Below are positions 9,726-19,356 of a stretch of DNA of 64,000 nt, piece after piece. The notes beneath the pieces were generated by a model that had not been told where the DNA came from, did not search any database, and was given only the letters and a program-made list of their open reading frames with translations. Both the position numbers and the translations under genes were made by a program. Origin of the DNA: a bacterium. GTDB lineage: Bacteria > Patescibacteriota > Microgenomatia > UBA1400 > UBA12108. Position 1 is the first letter of the stretch, and every line of letters starts with the position of its first letter. Location of the stretch: the NCBI GenBank assembly GCA_043827085.1, contig JBDRPO010000022.1, forward strand, positions 4,481 to 68,480. The letters run 5' to 3'.

Positions 9726-11302
9726 TTATGCGGAAAAATCTCTCTCTAATCATCACCTCTCTAGTCCTCGCGCTCGTAGTCATCTGGCCTATCCGTCAAA
9801 CTGGCATTTGGTACCCCATGCATGACTCGACAAGCGTCACGAGAGTTTTGCTCATGAAAACCGCCATCATGAATGGTCAGATCCCTCCCATTTGGGCAGA
9901 AAATATTAATGGTGGTTTTGGTTACCCACTCTTTCATTTTTACGCACCACTCTTCCATACCATCTCTACACTGTTCTCCTTTTTTATCACTCCCGTCACC
10001 TCGGCCATTAAACTAACCATTTTCCTCAGTATTTTTACCGGTATCTTGGGCTCAGTATATTTTGCAAAACGTTGGGGGAGACTCGCCGCGCTCGTTACCG
10101 GAGTTGCCTTTGCCCTTGCTCCCTACGCCGCTGTCAATATTTATGTCCGCGGAGCCTTTGCCGAATACTTGAGTTTGGCACTTTTGCCTTGGGTTTTGAT
10201 CGTCACCGAAAAAATCACTTCAACTCGCAAAATGGTGGTTGCCGGGGTTTTCCTTTCTCTCTTTGTCTTGAGTCACAATCTTATTCCCATTATTGCCCTC
10301 CCCATGGTCTTGGTCTGGATGATCACCCAAAATAAGCTAAATCTCAAGTTAGTGGTCGGGGCGATCATTCTCTCCGCTCTCCTCTCGGCCTGGTTTGTCC
10401 TTCCTCTTGTGATGGAGAGGGGGTTCACCCAAGCAGATACTATTGCCAAAACTACCAACTATGCCAAACACTTTGTCGAGCCGTGGCAACTCTGGAATAG
10501 TACCTGGGGATTTGGTGGCTCTGCTCAAGGAGTCGAAGATGGGATGTCATTCAAGTTAGGCAAGATTCAGCTTATTCTCGGTATGCTCGGCGCGTTGATT
10601 GCTTTCAGGGAAAAGAAAAAATCCCTAAAACTTATCTCTCTCTTTATATTAATCTCGGTTTTTCTCACTACATCCGCCTCCAAGTTTGTTTGGGATCGCC
10701 TCCCCACTCTCCAAATCGTCCAGTTTCCCTGGCGCAACCTCGGGATTATCACTGTTTTCCTTTCCCTTCTTTCAGGTTTTACCGTAAGCAGAATCAATCA
10801 TAGAGTTTTCCGCTTTGTCGGTGCCTCCTTAATCATGGTTATGTTATTTCTGACAGGTTATAAGTATTTTGTTCCTGAATCCACAAATATCGCCAAAGAT
10901 GAAGTTTCCGACATCGCCTCGGTCGTGCCAGAATATGTCCCGACTTGGTGGAAAATCCCGCCTGCCCAAAGATATGACTTCTACGCTCCCCCCAGTATTT
11001 CCTCAGCCGAAAACGAAACCTCCCAACAAGGACCAGCAGCCGGAGGGTATCATTTCGATTTAGTCGCCACTGATCCTTCGATAATAATTTTTGGTTCCGC
11101 CTACTACCCCACCTGGGAAGGGCGAGTTGATGGCAAAAAAGTGGCAGTATCCCCGAACGGTAATGGCCTTGCCTCGTTCACTATTCCCCAAGGGATCCAC
11201 TCCATCGATTTACGCCAATCCCACACGCAGCTAGAAAAATTTGCCGCGATTATTTCTCTCATCACTTTAGCCATCATGATCAAACTTTATGTCAAAGCTT
11301 AA
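9722..11302 (+). CDS. Large polytopic membrane protein, paralog family B (YfhO-like or PTPS-related GT-C candidate)
   Basis: Conserved N-terminal block WYPMHDSTSVTRVLLMKTAIMNGQIPPIWAENINGGFGYPLFHFYAPL is shared with 22222..23811 and 31909..33522. The C-terminal ~100 aa is a soluble beta-rich tail. The track start is GTG, and an ATG lies 6 nt downstream. Confidence 0.55.
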   Translation: MIMRKNLSLIITSLVLALVVIWPIRQTGIWYPMHDSTSVTRVLLMKTAIMNGQIPPIWAENINGGFGYPLFHFYAPLFHTISTLFSFFITPVTSAIKLTIFLSIFTGILGSVYFAKRWGRLAALVTGVAFALAPYAAVNIYVRGAFAEYLSLALLPWVLIVTEKITSTRKMVVAGVFLSLFVLSHNLIPIIALPMVLVWMITQNKLNLKLVVGAIILSALLSAWFVLPLVMERGFTQADTIAKTTNYAKHFVEPWQLWNSTWGFGGSAQGVEDGMSFKLGKIQLILGMLGALIAFREKKKSLKLISLFILISVFLTTSASKFVWDRLPTLQIVQFPWRNLGIITVFLSLLSGFTVSRINHRVFRFVGASLIMVMLFLTGYKYFVPESTNIAKDEVSDIASVVPEYVPTWWKIPPAQRYDFYAPPSISSAENETSQQGPAAGGYHFDLVATDPSIIIFGSAYYPTWEGRVDGKKVAVSPNGNGLASFTIPQGIHSIDLRQSHTQLEKFAAIISLITLAIMIKLYVKA

Positions 11303-12665
11303 AATATTTCTGTTGATATTTTTCTCAACTTGTCTAGCGTACGGAGCCTCACTCAAGTATGGATTCTCTCAGGACGATTGGTATTTTCTCCTTATTTCCC
11401 AAGCCAATAACTTTCAAGGAGTTGTCAATTTCTTCAATCCTTTTGCTCAGTCTGGCTTCGCTTTCTTCCGCCCGCTTGGCACTCAACTCTATTATTTTCT
11501 CTTTACCTCTGCTTTTGGCTTATCTCGCGCCCCTCTCTTTATGCACATTTTTATGCTTATCCTGCAGGGGAGTTGTGGTTACTTAGTATATCGCCTGGCA
11601 GCAAAACTCAAATTTTCTCCCTCTTCCGCTTTTCTCATCGGTCTAGTTTATGCCACGAGCTCAGCTCAATTTCTGAGCTTGTTCTACATCGCTGCCACTC
11701 AACAGCTCCTCGCCGCTTTTTTTGGTTTACTCTCACTTAATTATTTCCTCGTTCGTCGTCATTGGCTGTCTGCTATTTTCTTTTTATTGGCCCTAATCTC
11801 CAAAGAAACCGCCATCATAATCCCATTTATTGCCATTACTCTCTCTCTCTTAACTACCACCAAACTCAATCTCAAATCCATGGTCACCCGCTTTATGCCT
11901 TATACTTTATACCTTATACTTTATACAACTCTCCGTCTCCTAGCCCCCCACGCCGTCCAAGCCGAGTATCATTTTACTTTCGGGTTAAACGTGCTAAGCA
12001 CACTTCGCTGGTACATATTGTTTGCCTTTAATGCTCCCGAAGAGTGGTTGCGTTACGCCACTCCCCACCTTGGTATTAATCTACTTCAATTTATTCGTGA
12101 CTTCGGTCTGCTTGGTTTCTCGATCACGACGCTTACCTTATCTTCCTTATTACTCTTCCTCGTTTCACTCATTCGCTCCTCCCTACGCAAGTGTGCACTT
12201 TATCTTTCTTGGTTTGTCTTGGCACTTGCTCCTGTTCTCTTTCTGCTTGACCACCGCTATCCACACTATCTCGATCTTGCTCTCGTGCCTCTCATCCTCC
12301 TGCTCTACCACTCATTTCGCGGCAAGTGGCAATATCTTCTGACGGCCATCCTGATCGTCGGCTCAGTTTGCAATATTTATCTCTCCGAGAGAATTCACTG
12401 GACTACTGGCCGTGCGAAAATGGCCTCATCCGCTCTCTCCGCGATTGACTGGTCTTCCACCTGCCCCCACTCAGCAATTATCTTCACAGGTCCCAAGCCT
12501 TTCCCCCTCGAGCTCTCATATACTCTCTCACTTGCCAACGGCCCGCGCGTAATATGCCAAAACCCCAAGCTCGGCGTATACTACCAGGAAGTAGTGCCAT
12601 CCGAGGGGACAGTTGCCTTCCCAATCGACATTAGTCCAGTCTTTAAATCATATGTCCAGCCTTAA
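11289..12665 (+). CDS. Polytopic membrane protein, paralog family C (DDW motif). Putative GT-C.
   Basis: Motifs GFSQDDWYFL, FFRPLGTQLYY and MHIFMLILQGSCGYLVYRLA are shared with the 54165..55454 gene (GGDDIWLYM, TYRPIPFSLF, MHWVPIVLHGLNVILVYLLA). Confidence 0.5.
   Translation: MSKLKIFLLIFFSTCLAYGASLKYGFSQDDWYFLLISQANNFQGVVNFFNPFAQSGFAFFRPLGTQLYYFLFTSAFGLSRAPLFMHIFMLILQGSCGYLVYRLAAKLKFSPSSAFLIGLVYATSSAQFLSLFYIAATQQLLAAFFGLLSLNYFLVRRHWLSAIFFLLALISKETAIIIPFIAITLSLLTTTKLNLKSMVTRFMPYTLYLILYTTLRLLAPHAVQAEYHFTFGLNVLSTLRWYILFAFNAPEEWLRYATPHLGINLLQFIRDFGLLGFSITTLTLSSLLLFLVSLIRSSLRKCALYLSWFVLALAPVLFLLDHRYPHYLDLALVPLILLLYHSFRGKWQYLLTAILIVGSVCNIYLSERIHWTTGRAKMASSALSAIDWSSTCPHSAIIFTGPKPFPLELSYTLSLANGPRVICQNPKLGVYYQEVVPSEGTVAFPIDISPVFKSYVQP
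11898..11925. repeat. 14-nt direct tandem duplication inside the family C membrane protein CDS
   Basis: ccttatactttata ccttatactttata. Encodes PYTLYLILYT. The unit length is not a multiple of 3. Confidence 0.6.
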
Positions 12666-14124
12666 CTTAGACAACATCAAACTCAAAGCCTTCAAAGGAG
12701 TCTTCACTCTCACTTTCCGCCGCCTCATTCTCAAAGTGATCGATACCGTTGGCGTCATTGTTCTGGCTCGTGCACTCACCCAAGACGTCTTTGGCGTCTT
12801 TGGCATCATTAGTTTTGTGGTATTTACTTTCCTCTCATTTTTTTCCGATATCGGTTTTGGCGCTGCTTTAATCCAGAAGAAAGAAGATCTCACTGACGAG
12901 GATACCCGTACCACCTTTACTATCCAACAATCCCTCGTGACTTTGCTCTTAATTATTGCTTGGGCGACCTCTCCCCTCATATCTGGCTTCTATCATCTAG
13001 GCAACCAGGGGATCTGGCTCATCCGCGTGCTCTCTCTTTCCCTCTTCCTGACTTCCTTCAAAACCATTCCCTCCATACTCCTCGAGCGTGAGCTCAAGTT
13101 TGAAAAACTCGTGATTCCCGAAATCGTCGAAACCTTAATTTACAACGGTTTTGCTGTCTACATGGCGCTTCATGGTTATGGCATCTGGAGTTTGGTAGTT
13201 GCCATTTTAGCTCGTACCATCGCCGGAGCCATTCTTTTGAATGTTCTTTCACCCTGGCGCATCGGTTGGGGGTTCTCTCGCCAATCTGCCAAGGGGCTCC
13301 TAGGCTTTGGAGTCCCATATCAATTAAATAGTGTCCTTGCCCTCATTAAAGACAACGTCACTCCGACCCTCATTGCCTACTGGTATGGCCCAGCGGCGGT
13401 CGGCTTCGTTAACTTGGCACAAAACATCGCCACCCGCCCCATGGAACTCATCAATATTGTTAGCCGCGTCATGTTTCCCGCCTACGCTCGCATCCAGGAG
13501 GACTCTGTCCGTCTCAAGCGCTGGATCGAGAAATCGGTCTCTTTCATGGCCTACCTTTATATGCCAGCAATTACCGGTCTCCTCATTACCGCCAAACCGA
13601 TCCTCGAGTACCTCTACGCCGATAAATCTGCCAAATGGCTGCCTTCCTTGCCCACTCTTCTTCTCTTCCTCGCCGGTGCCTACCCCATCATTGTGACCAC
13701 TACCTACACCAACGCCCTCTATGCACTAGGTAAACCCAAAGTTGTCTTGGCACTTATGACTCTCTATACCGTGCTCACTTGGACCTTGGGCGCGCCTCTC
13801 ATTTACAAATACGGCTTTGTCGGGATCGCGCTCGCCGGCTTTATTATTACCTATGCCACCTTGCCGATCGTGGTTCGGCAAATGAATAAAGTCGTCCCCA
13901 TATCTACCTGGGATTCCCTCAAAAAGCCGCTCCTAGCCAGTTTAATTATGGGAGTTGTTACCTATTTTATTAATCAGGTTTTCACCCACTCTTTACTCAC
14001 CCTGATTTTCACTTGCCTCTCGGGGGTGGTAACATATATCTTGGCAATTCTCGTTTTAGACGGCCCACGTCTCAAATCCGAGTTTAATAATTGGTTTAGC
14101 TTAATTGGGAGTAGAGATAAATGA
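12652..14124 (+). CDS. Wzx-like oligosaccharide flippase (MOP/polysaccharide biosynthesis protein family)
   Basis: Start at the ATG at 12652 (MSSLNLDNIK...). 12-14 predicted TM helices. Characteristic FGVFGIISFVV..FLSFFSDIGFGAALIQ N-terminal pattern and the LAGAYPI region. Confidence 0.7.
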   Translation: MSSLNLDNIKLKAFKGVFTLTFRRLILKVIDTVGVIVLARALTQDVFGVFGIISFVVFTFLSFFSDIGFGAALIQKKEDLTDEDTRTTFTIQQSLVTLLLIIAWATSPLISGFYHLGNQGIWLIRVLSLSLFLTSFKTIPSILLERELKFEKLVIPEIVETLIYNGFAVYMALHGYGIWSLVVAILARTIAGAILLNVLSPWRIGWGFSRQSAKGLLGFGVPYQLNSVLALIKDNVTPTLIAYWYGPAAVGFVNLAQNIATRPMELINIVSRVMFPAYARIQEDSVRLKRWIEKSVSFMAYLYMPAITGLLITAKPILEYLYADKSAKWLPSLPTLLLFLAGAYPIIVTTTYTNALYALGKPKVVLALMTLYTVLTWTLGAPLIYKYGFVGIALAGFIITYATLPIVVRQMNKVVPISTWDSLKKPLLASLIMGVVTYFINQVFTHSLLTLIFTCLSGVVTYILAILVLDGPRLKSEFNNWFSLIGSRDK

Positions 14125-15740
14125 AAGAAAAAATCTCCGTCATCATTCCGACCGTCAACGCTCACGAAGAACTAGATCTAGCCATCCAAAGTATCAAAAA
14201 AAACTCTGATTGTACTGTCGAATTCGTCATCGTCATTGATCCCGACATGAATACGGGTAAAGTTAATGAGGACATTCTTAAAGTCTGCCAAAAACACCAT
14301 GTTAAAGCCTGGGTCAATAAAGAAAATCTTGGCCCATACGGCAACTGGAATAGGGGAGCCGAGGTTGCAACAACTGACTGGTTGGTCTTTACGACCGATG
14401 ACCAATATTTTGCCCCCCACTGGGACTCGAACTTGCTTAAATACTGGGAACCCAAAAGATTGATTGCTGGACGTCTCATCGAGCCGGGCATTATCCCCGT
14501 CTACAAAACCAATATTAAACAAGATTTTGGCGTCTTACCCTCCGAATTTAAAGAAAAAGAATTTATTCAGTGGTGCAAGGATCGCCGCGCCAAGGGATAT
14601 ACGCCTGATGGTTTTTTTATCCCCATGCTTCAAAAACGCGAAGATTACGACGCTCTTGGTCACTACCCGACCGCCGGCAAGTTTGGGACCTCAACCGCCG
14701 TTAGCAACGACTATCTCTACGTCCAAGCGGCGCTCAAGAAAGGTTATCAGTTTGGCACCGCCGAAGACTCTTATTCCTACCACTTCCAAGCCAGTTCCTG
14801 GAAAAAGAAAACCTTGAAGCCCACGATTGCTGCCGTAGTTTTGACCAAAAACGAAGCGGGAGACCTCGCCAAATGCCTCAAGTCGCTCTCTTGGGTAACT
14901 GATATCATCGTAGTAGATTCTGGTTCGTCTGATCAAACTCTAGACATTGCCAAGAAATTAAAAGCCAAAGTCTTCTCCCGCGACTTCGACAACTTTGCCT
15001 CCCAAAGAAACTTTGCCCTCACCAAAGTCGCGCCGTACAACTGGGTGATTATGGTCGATGCCGATGAGGTGGTCGAGATGGCGCTTGCCAAGGAACTCCA
15101 ATTTTTTGCCAAAGATATTTATCTCGATGGTGTCCAAATCCCTCGCAAAAACTACATCTTTGGTAAATGGATTGAACACTGTGACTGGTATCCTGATCAT
15201 CGCCTAGTCTTCTTCCGTCCCAAGATGGTCAGCTACACCGGCGAGATACACGAGCGCGTAGGCTTTGTAAAAGGTAACGGCACTGTGGCAACTGCCACCA
15301 ATAATCTCGTCCACCACAACTACGACACTGTCCGGGAATTTGTGCTCAAAAATCTCGTGGATTATCCACTTCAGTATGCCAAAATCTTGGACGCGGACAA
15401 AGTTCGCTTTACGGCGCTCGACATCCTAGGCAAACCCATAGCCGAGTTTATGCGTCGCTTTTTCTTAACCGAAGGCTATAAAGACGGACTCTACGGTCTG
15501 GTTCTCTCGGCTCTCATGGGTGTCCAAACTCTCGTTGCCTACACTTACCTTTGGGAAATCCAAGGTAAGCGCAAAGATTTAACGACCAATGAAACCCTAG
15601 CAGTCTTTGCTACGCTCCGTGGGAAGGGGAGTGAACTCACCTATTGGCTCACCACTTTAGCCATAGAAAGCGCCTCTGGCGCTACCAAACTGGTCCACCG
15701 CGCCAAAAGGAAAATAATCAAACTAACCCAAAACCTATGA
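14121..15740 (+). CDS. Two-domain glycosyltransferase (tandem GT2-like domains)
   Basis: Domain 1: ISVIIPTVNAHEEL ... VFTTDDQYF. Domain 2: IAAVVLTKNEAGDL ... IIVVDSGSSDQT ... MVDADEVV (DxDE, WaaE/KdtX-like). 539 aa. Confidence 0.7.
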   Translation: MKEKISVIIPTVNAHEELDLAIQSIKKNSDCTVEFVIVIDPDMNTGKVNEDILKVCQKHHVKAWVNKENLGPYGNWNRGAEVATTDWLVFTTDDQYFAPHWDSNLLKYWEPKRLIAGRLIEPGIIPVYKTNIKQDFGVLPSEFKEKEFIQWCKDRRAKGYTPDGFFIPMLQKREDYDALGHYPTAGKFGTSTAVSNDYLYVQAALKKGYQFGTAEDSYSYHFQASSWKKKTLKPTIAAVVLTKNEAGDLAKCLKSLSWVTDIIVVDSGSSDQTLDIAKKLKAKVFSRDFDNFASQRNFALTKVAPYNWVIMVDADEVVEMALAKELQFFAKDIYLDGVQIPRKNYIFGKWIEHCDWYPDHRLVFFRPKMVSYTGEIHERVGFVKGNGTVATATNNLVHHNYDTVREFVLKNLVDYPLQYAKILDADKVRFTALDILGKPIAEFMRRFFLTEGYKDGLYGLVLSALMGVQTLVAYTYLWEIQGKRKDLTTNETLAVFATLRGKGSELTYWLTTLAIESASGATKLVHRAKRKIIKLTQNL

Positions 15741-16663
15741 AAAAATCCAAAAAGATCAAGCACGCAGTAGTTTTGATTAATTACAAAGTTGCAAGAGATA
15801 CGATTACTTGTGTCAAATCGATCGAAAAGTGTAAAGATCAGCCACACATCATCGTCGTGGATAATGGTTCGACAGAGGGAGTCATCCAAGAGCTCCGCGA
15901 AGCTTGCCCGGGACTTGATATCATCATCGCCGGCGCCAATATCGGCTTCTCTGCCGGGAATAATCTCGGCATCCAAAAAGCCCTTAAGCTCGGCGCCCAA
16001 GTAGTTTATATCCTCAACAACGACACTTTGGTTGACCCCAATCTCTTCTTCCGCGCATTCCGCTATGTCGCCGGCAAAAACAGAATCACAGGCGGCAAGA
16101 TTTACTACGCCAAGGGTTACGAATACCACTCTGAACAAAAGGGTAGGGGAGATATCCTGTGGTACGCCGGCGGCTACTTCGACTGGACGAGCGTGATTGC
16201 TGTTCACTATGGTGTCGACGAAATAGACAAGGGTCAACACGACAAAACTCTCCCTGTCGGCTTTATCACTGGTTGCTTTATTGCCGTCCCCCGCCAAGTT
16301 TTCAAAAAAATAGGACTACTCGATGAACCTTTCTTCCTCTACCTCGAAGATACCGATTTCTGTCTCCATGCCAAAAAAATGAGTATCGAAGTCATGTACA
16401 ACCCCAATTTAATTGTTTATCACTGCAACTCAAGCGCCACCGTAGCAGGATCTCCCTTAGTTGACTACTACATTACTCGCAATCGTTTTTTTATTGGGAA
16501 GCGCTATGGCACACTGCGCCTTCGCCTCGCCCTCCTGCGCGAAGCCATTTTTTACAACTGGAACTCCCCCATCCGCCGCCAAGCCTTCTTTGACTATTTA
16601 ACTGGTAGAATGGGGAATAGGAATGAAAAAATCTCTGCTATCGTGGTTCAAACACAAAAATAA
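15737..16663 (+). CDS. Family 2 glycosyltransferase (rhamnosyl-/WbbL-like subgroup)
   Basis: Start at the internal ATG (MKKSKKIKHAVVLINY...), giving an ATGA overlap. IIVVDNGSTEG ... GNNLG ... YLEDTDF (DxD). Confidence 0.75.
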   Translation: MKKSKKIKHAVVLINYKVARDTITCVKSIEKCKDQPHIIVVDNGSTEGVIQELREACPGLDIIIAGANIGFSAGNNLGIQKALKLGAQVVYILNNDTLVDPNLFFRAFRYVAGKNRITGGKIYYAKGYEYHSEQKGRGDILWYAGGYFDWTSVIAVHYGVDEIDKGQHDKTLPVGFITGCFIAVPRQVFKKIGLLDEPFFLYLEDTDFCLHAKKMSIEVMYNPNLIVYHCNSSATVAGSPLVDYYITRNRFFIGKRYGTLRLRLALLREAIFYNWNSPIRRQAFFDYLTGRMGNRNEKISAIVVQTQK

Positions 16664-18068
16664 TCTCCCCAATTTATTGGTAATAATTTTCCTGGCATCT
16701 ATCTCCTATCTCCTATATTTCAATTTGGGTCGTGACGCCCTGTTCGATTGGGATGAAGGTATCTACGGTGAGCTTGGGGCTCAGGTGTTAGTTACGAAGA
16801 ATATTCTCGTTGCTTTTTGGAATGGTGCACCCTGGCTAGAAAAACCTCCCGGCATCGCCTGGGTTGCTGGAATTGGGATTGCCCTTGCTGGTCCTACTGC
16901 GGGGGGTGCACGTCTTCTCATGCCTCTCATTGCTATCTACACGCTCTACATCGTTTATCGGATAGGTACCCACCTTGGGAGTTCCCGACATGGCTTGATT
17001 GCCGTCGGCGTACTTGCAACCTTCAATTTGTTCTTAGGTAGAACACGCGCGGTCAACACCGACATGCCCCTTCTGGCCAGTATCGTGACCACCATCCTTT
17101 TCCTTCTCGAAAATAGGCCTGCCTGGTGGGTAGCTCTTGCCGTCTTTGGTGGGGTTTGGTTTAAGGGCTTGGCGGGCTTGCTCTCAGTCATCATTACCTT
17201 ACCCCTTATTTTGAATAAATCAAAAACTTACATCTTACATCTTACGTCTTACGTCTTATTACTTATCCTTCCTTGGCATCTTTACGCCCTCATCAGATAC
17301 GGTAGTAATTTTACTACTCCTTATTTTTTCGAACAGGTGGTCAGGCGGGCTACCGCCCAAATAGAATTTCATTTTGAAAATCGCTGGTACTACTTCAAAT
17401 ATCTTTACGATAACTTGGGTCTTGGAGTGCTGATAGTTGCTGGCGTAGGAGCAGCAAGTATTCTCAAAAAGCGGGAAAATCTCTACTTATTATGGTGGGT
17501 TCTCGTGCCTCTTGCTATCTTCACCCTCGCCAAAACTCGGCTGTTCTGGTACATTCTCCCGATTTATCCAGCGCTTGCCCTCCTTGTGAGCGAGGCTATC
17601 GCTCGCTGGCAAAACGGGAAGCATGCCAAAAGCGTCGTTGGAATCATTGCCATCGGGATCTGTTCCCAAGCCATTCTCATGGCTTCTCGCTCAGTCGAGT
17701 TTAAGAAAGTTACTTCTCCCCTGCCTGATCGGCTTTACGTGGCCACTGAACTCGCTAAATTAAATCCTGGCACCTTAGCGGTTCTAGTTCCCCCCTCGGA
17801 GCGCTTAGCCGAAGCGCTTCTTCCGACAATTGCCCGGCTAAGTTCTAGTTTCCGCTATGGTGGTATGCCCTCGGTTGTCTTTTATTATGCTGGCCCGGTT
17901 CAATTTTATTACGACGTAGATAAGTTCGCGGCATTTTGGCAAGAAGCCCAGAATCCTACCGCCATGATCTTTGCCGAAGATAGTAAGCTCATTCCTGCCT
18001 CTTTCCGCACTGTTGTCGCCTCACCTACCTACCTTGGCATTCAAAAGGGGGTTTATGCTCTCCGTTAG
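16623..18068 (+). CDS. ArnT-like GT-C glycosyltransferase (lipid-carrier-dependent, COG1807)
   Basis: LFDWDEGIYGELG first-loop motif, then PPGIAWVAGIG, then more than 10 TM helices. Overlaps the upstream GT2 by 41 nt. Confidence 0.65.
   Translation: MKKSLLSWFKHKNNLPNLLVIIFLASISYLLYFNLGRDALFDWDEGIYGELGAQVLVTKNILVAFWNGAPWLEKPPGIAWVAGIGIALAGPTAGGARLLMPLIAIYTLYIVYRIGTHLGSSRHGLIAVGVLATFNLFLGRTRAVNTDMPLLASIVTTILFLLENRPAWWVALAVFGGVWFKGLAGLLSVIITLPLILNKSKTYILHLTSYVLLLILPWHLYALIRYGSNFTTPYFFEQVVRRATAQIEFHFENRWYYFKYLYDNLGLGVLIVAGVGAASILKKRENLYLLWWVLVPLAIFTLAKTRLFWYILPIYPALALLVSEAIARWQNGKHAKSVVGIIAIGICSQAILMASRSVEFKKVTSPLPDRLYVATELAKLNPGTLAVLVPPSERLAEALLPTIARLSSSFRYGGMPSVVFYYAGPVQFYYDVDKFAAFWQEAQNPTAMIFAEDSKLIPASFRTVVASPTYLGIQKGVYALR
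17230..17257. repeat. Heptanucleotide tandem repeat inside the ArnT-like CDS
   Basis: acatctt acatctt acgtctt acgtctt: four 7-nt units, two identical pairs. Encodes YILHLTSYVL. Confidence 0.6.
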
Positions 18069-18828
18069 TACCCAAATAGCGCGTGACGATTCGCTTGTAG
18101 ATTTTGCCAGGATGCTCAAAAGTGTTTCCTTCGCCGACGAAATCTTTGTCTTCAATATGGAGCGGAACGATATGCGAGCCCTGGAACTTTTTCAGCAATT
18201 CTCAGCTCGCGTCATTAATGTCAAAACTCCTAAAATCGTCGAAGAAATACGCGCCCGCCAGGTTCGCGAAGCGGGAGGTGACTGGGTACTCATTCTAGAT
18301 TTTGATGAAGTAATTCCAGGAGAACTCCGCGGCGAGATCGAATCAATCATCGAAAACAAAGCCTCTTGTTCTGCTTACACGATCCCCCGCGACAATTATT
18401 CCCTTGATTATCCCATGACCCACGGAGGGTGGGAACGCGACTATGTCATACGGCTACTACGCAAAGCTGACTTTATCGATTGGCCCAAAAACATCCATAG
18501 CACTCCCCGTTTCAAAGGTAGTATGGTCAAAACGCTCCATAGCATGGAGCATCACAAGGACGCCAGTCTCTCCCAAATGGTTGAGAAAACCAATCGTTAT
18601 AGTGACATCGAAGCCGATTTATTTTTTCAGGGCGGCCTGCCCCCAGTTGACTCATTTACCCTCGTCAGGAAACCTGTAATGGAATTTATCCGGCGCTACA
18701 TCCTCAAGAAAGGTTTTCTTGATGGTTGTATCGGTTTGATCCAAGCTCTCTACCAAGGTTATTCCGTCTTTATCACCTACGCCAAGCTCGCCGAGCTCCA
18801 AACTAACTATAAATCCAGTAAAAGGTAA
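18055..18828 (+). CDS. GT2-like glycosyltransferase (WaaE/KdtX-like subgroup)
   Basis: Start taken at the internal ATG (MLSVSTQIARDD...). LILDFDEVI acidic motif ... YTIPRDNY ... C-terminal GFLDG block shared with 31122..31904 and domain 2 of 14121..15740. Confidence 0.55.
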   Translation: MLSVSTQIARDDSLVDFARMLKSVSFADEIFVFNMERNDMRALELFQQFSARVINVKTPKIVEEIRARQVREAGGDWVLILDFDEVIPGELRGEIESIIENKASCSAYTIPRDNYSLDYPMTHGGWERDYVIRLLRKADFIDWPKNIHSTPRFKGSMVKTLHSMEHHKDASLSQMVEKTNRYSDIEADLFFQGGLPPVDSFTLVRKPVMEFIRRYILKKGFLDGCIGLIQALYQGYSVFITYAKLAELQTNYKSSKR

Positions 18829-18858
18829 TACTACGATTATTCGAATAATTAGAGTATT
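18827..18858. promoter_or_regulatory. 32-bp near-perfect palindrome, upstream copy, ending 2 nt before the start of the TrpR-like gene
   Basis: aatactacgattattcgaataattagagtatt. Identical to the downstream copy except for 3 nt in the left arm (acg vs cta). Centred on ttcgaa. Confidence 0.5.
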
Positions 18859-18860
18859 GT

Positions 18861-19304
18861 ATGTCACAAGTATCACGACACAAACTAAATCAAAAAGTTT
18901 ACGATAAAATATTCTCCTTGTTTCCACAATTTCTAGGTAGACTTAGTAGTCAGGGTCATGCGCAAGTTGTCGTCAACGCTCTATTTTCAACAACAGAAAG
19001 AACTATCATAGCCAAGCGTATTGCCACAGCCTTTATGTTAGTCAAGGGCTATACTTACTCAGAAATAAGTTCAAAACTATGTATTAGTTATGGCACGATC
19101 GGAAAAATTGCTGAAGTTACTAAAAATGCCGATACAAGGTTCGTCAAAGAATTACAATTAATTTCGCAAGAGCAAGCGTTTGGCGAGTTTCTCAATGCCA
19201 TTGGTTACCGAGTCGCTAAACTTCTACCTCCCAAAGGTGGCAATTGGTCAGTATGGAGGCGTAATATAGAGGAAGAACGTCGTCAAGCAGAACAATCATT
19301 TTAA
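18861..19304 (+). CDS. TrpR/YerC-family helix-turn-helix DNA-binding protein
   Basis: 147 aa. The segment STTERTIIAKRIATAFMLVKGYTYSEISSKLCISYGTIGKI follows the TrpR/YerC pattern (..AIAQRLEVARML..G.SQREIS...GVS.ATITRG). It is the only non-glycan gene in 40 kb. Confidence 0.55.
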   Translation: MSQVSRHKLNQKVYDKIFSLFPQFLGRLSSQGHAQVVVNALFSTTERTIIAKRIATAFMLVKGYTYSEISSKLCISYGTIGKIAEVTKNADTRFVKELQLISQEQAFGEFLNAIGYRVAKLLPPKGGNWSVWRRNIEEERRQAEQSF

Positions 19305-19334
19305 TACTCTAATTATTCGAATAATTAGAGTATT
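19303..19334. promoter_or_regulatory. 32-bp perfect palindrome, downstream copy. Overlaps the stop of the TrpR-like gene and lies about 22 nt upstream of the GT4 start.
   Basis: aatactctaattattcgaataattagagtatt is exactly self-complementary. It sits in the promoter/RBS region of the 19357 GT4 gene. Confidence 0.55.
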
Positions 19335-19356
19335 GCAATGTATGTAAGGTGTATTT

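Noticed and set aside
17230-17257. Possible CRISPR-like or minisatellite array
   Set aside because: Only four 7-nt units inside a CDS. No spacer/repeat architecture and no cas genes. Reported only as a short tandem repeat.
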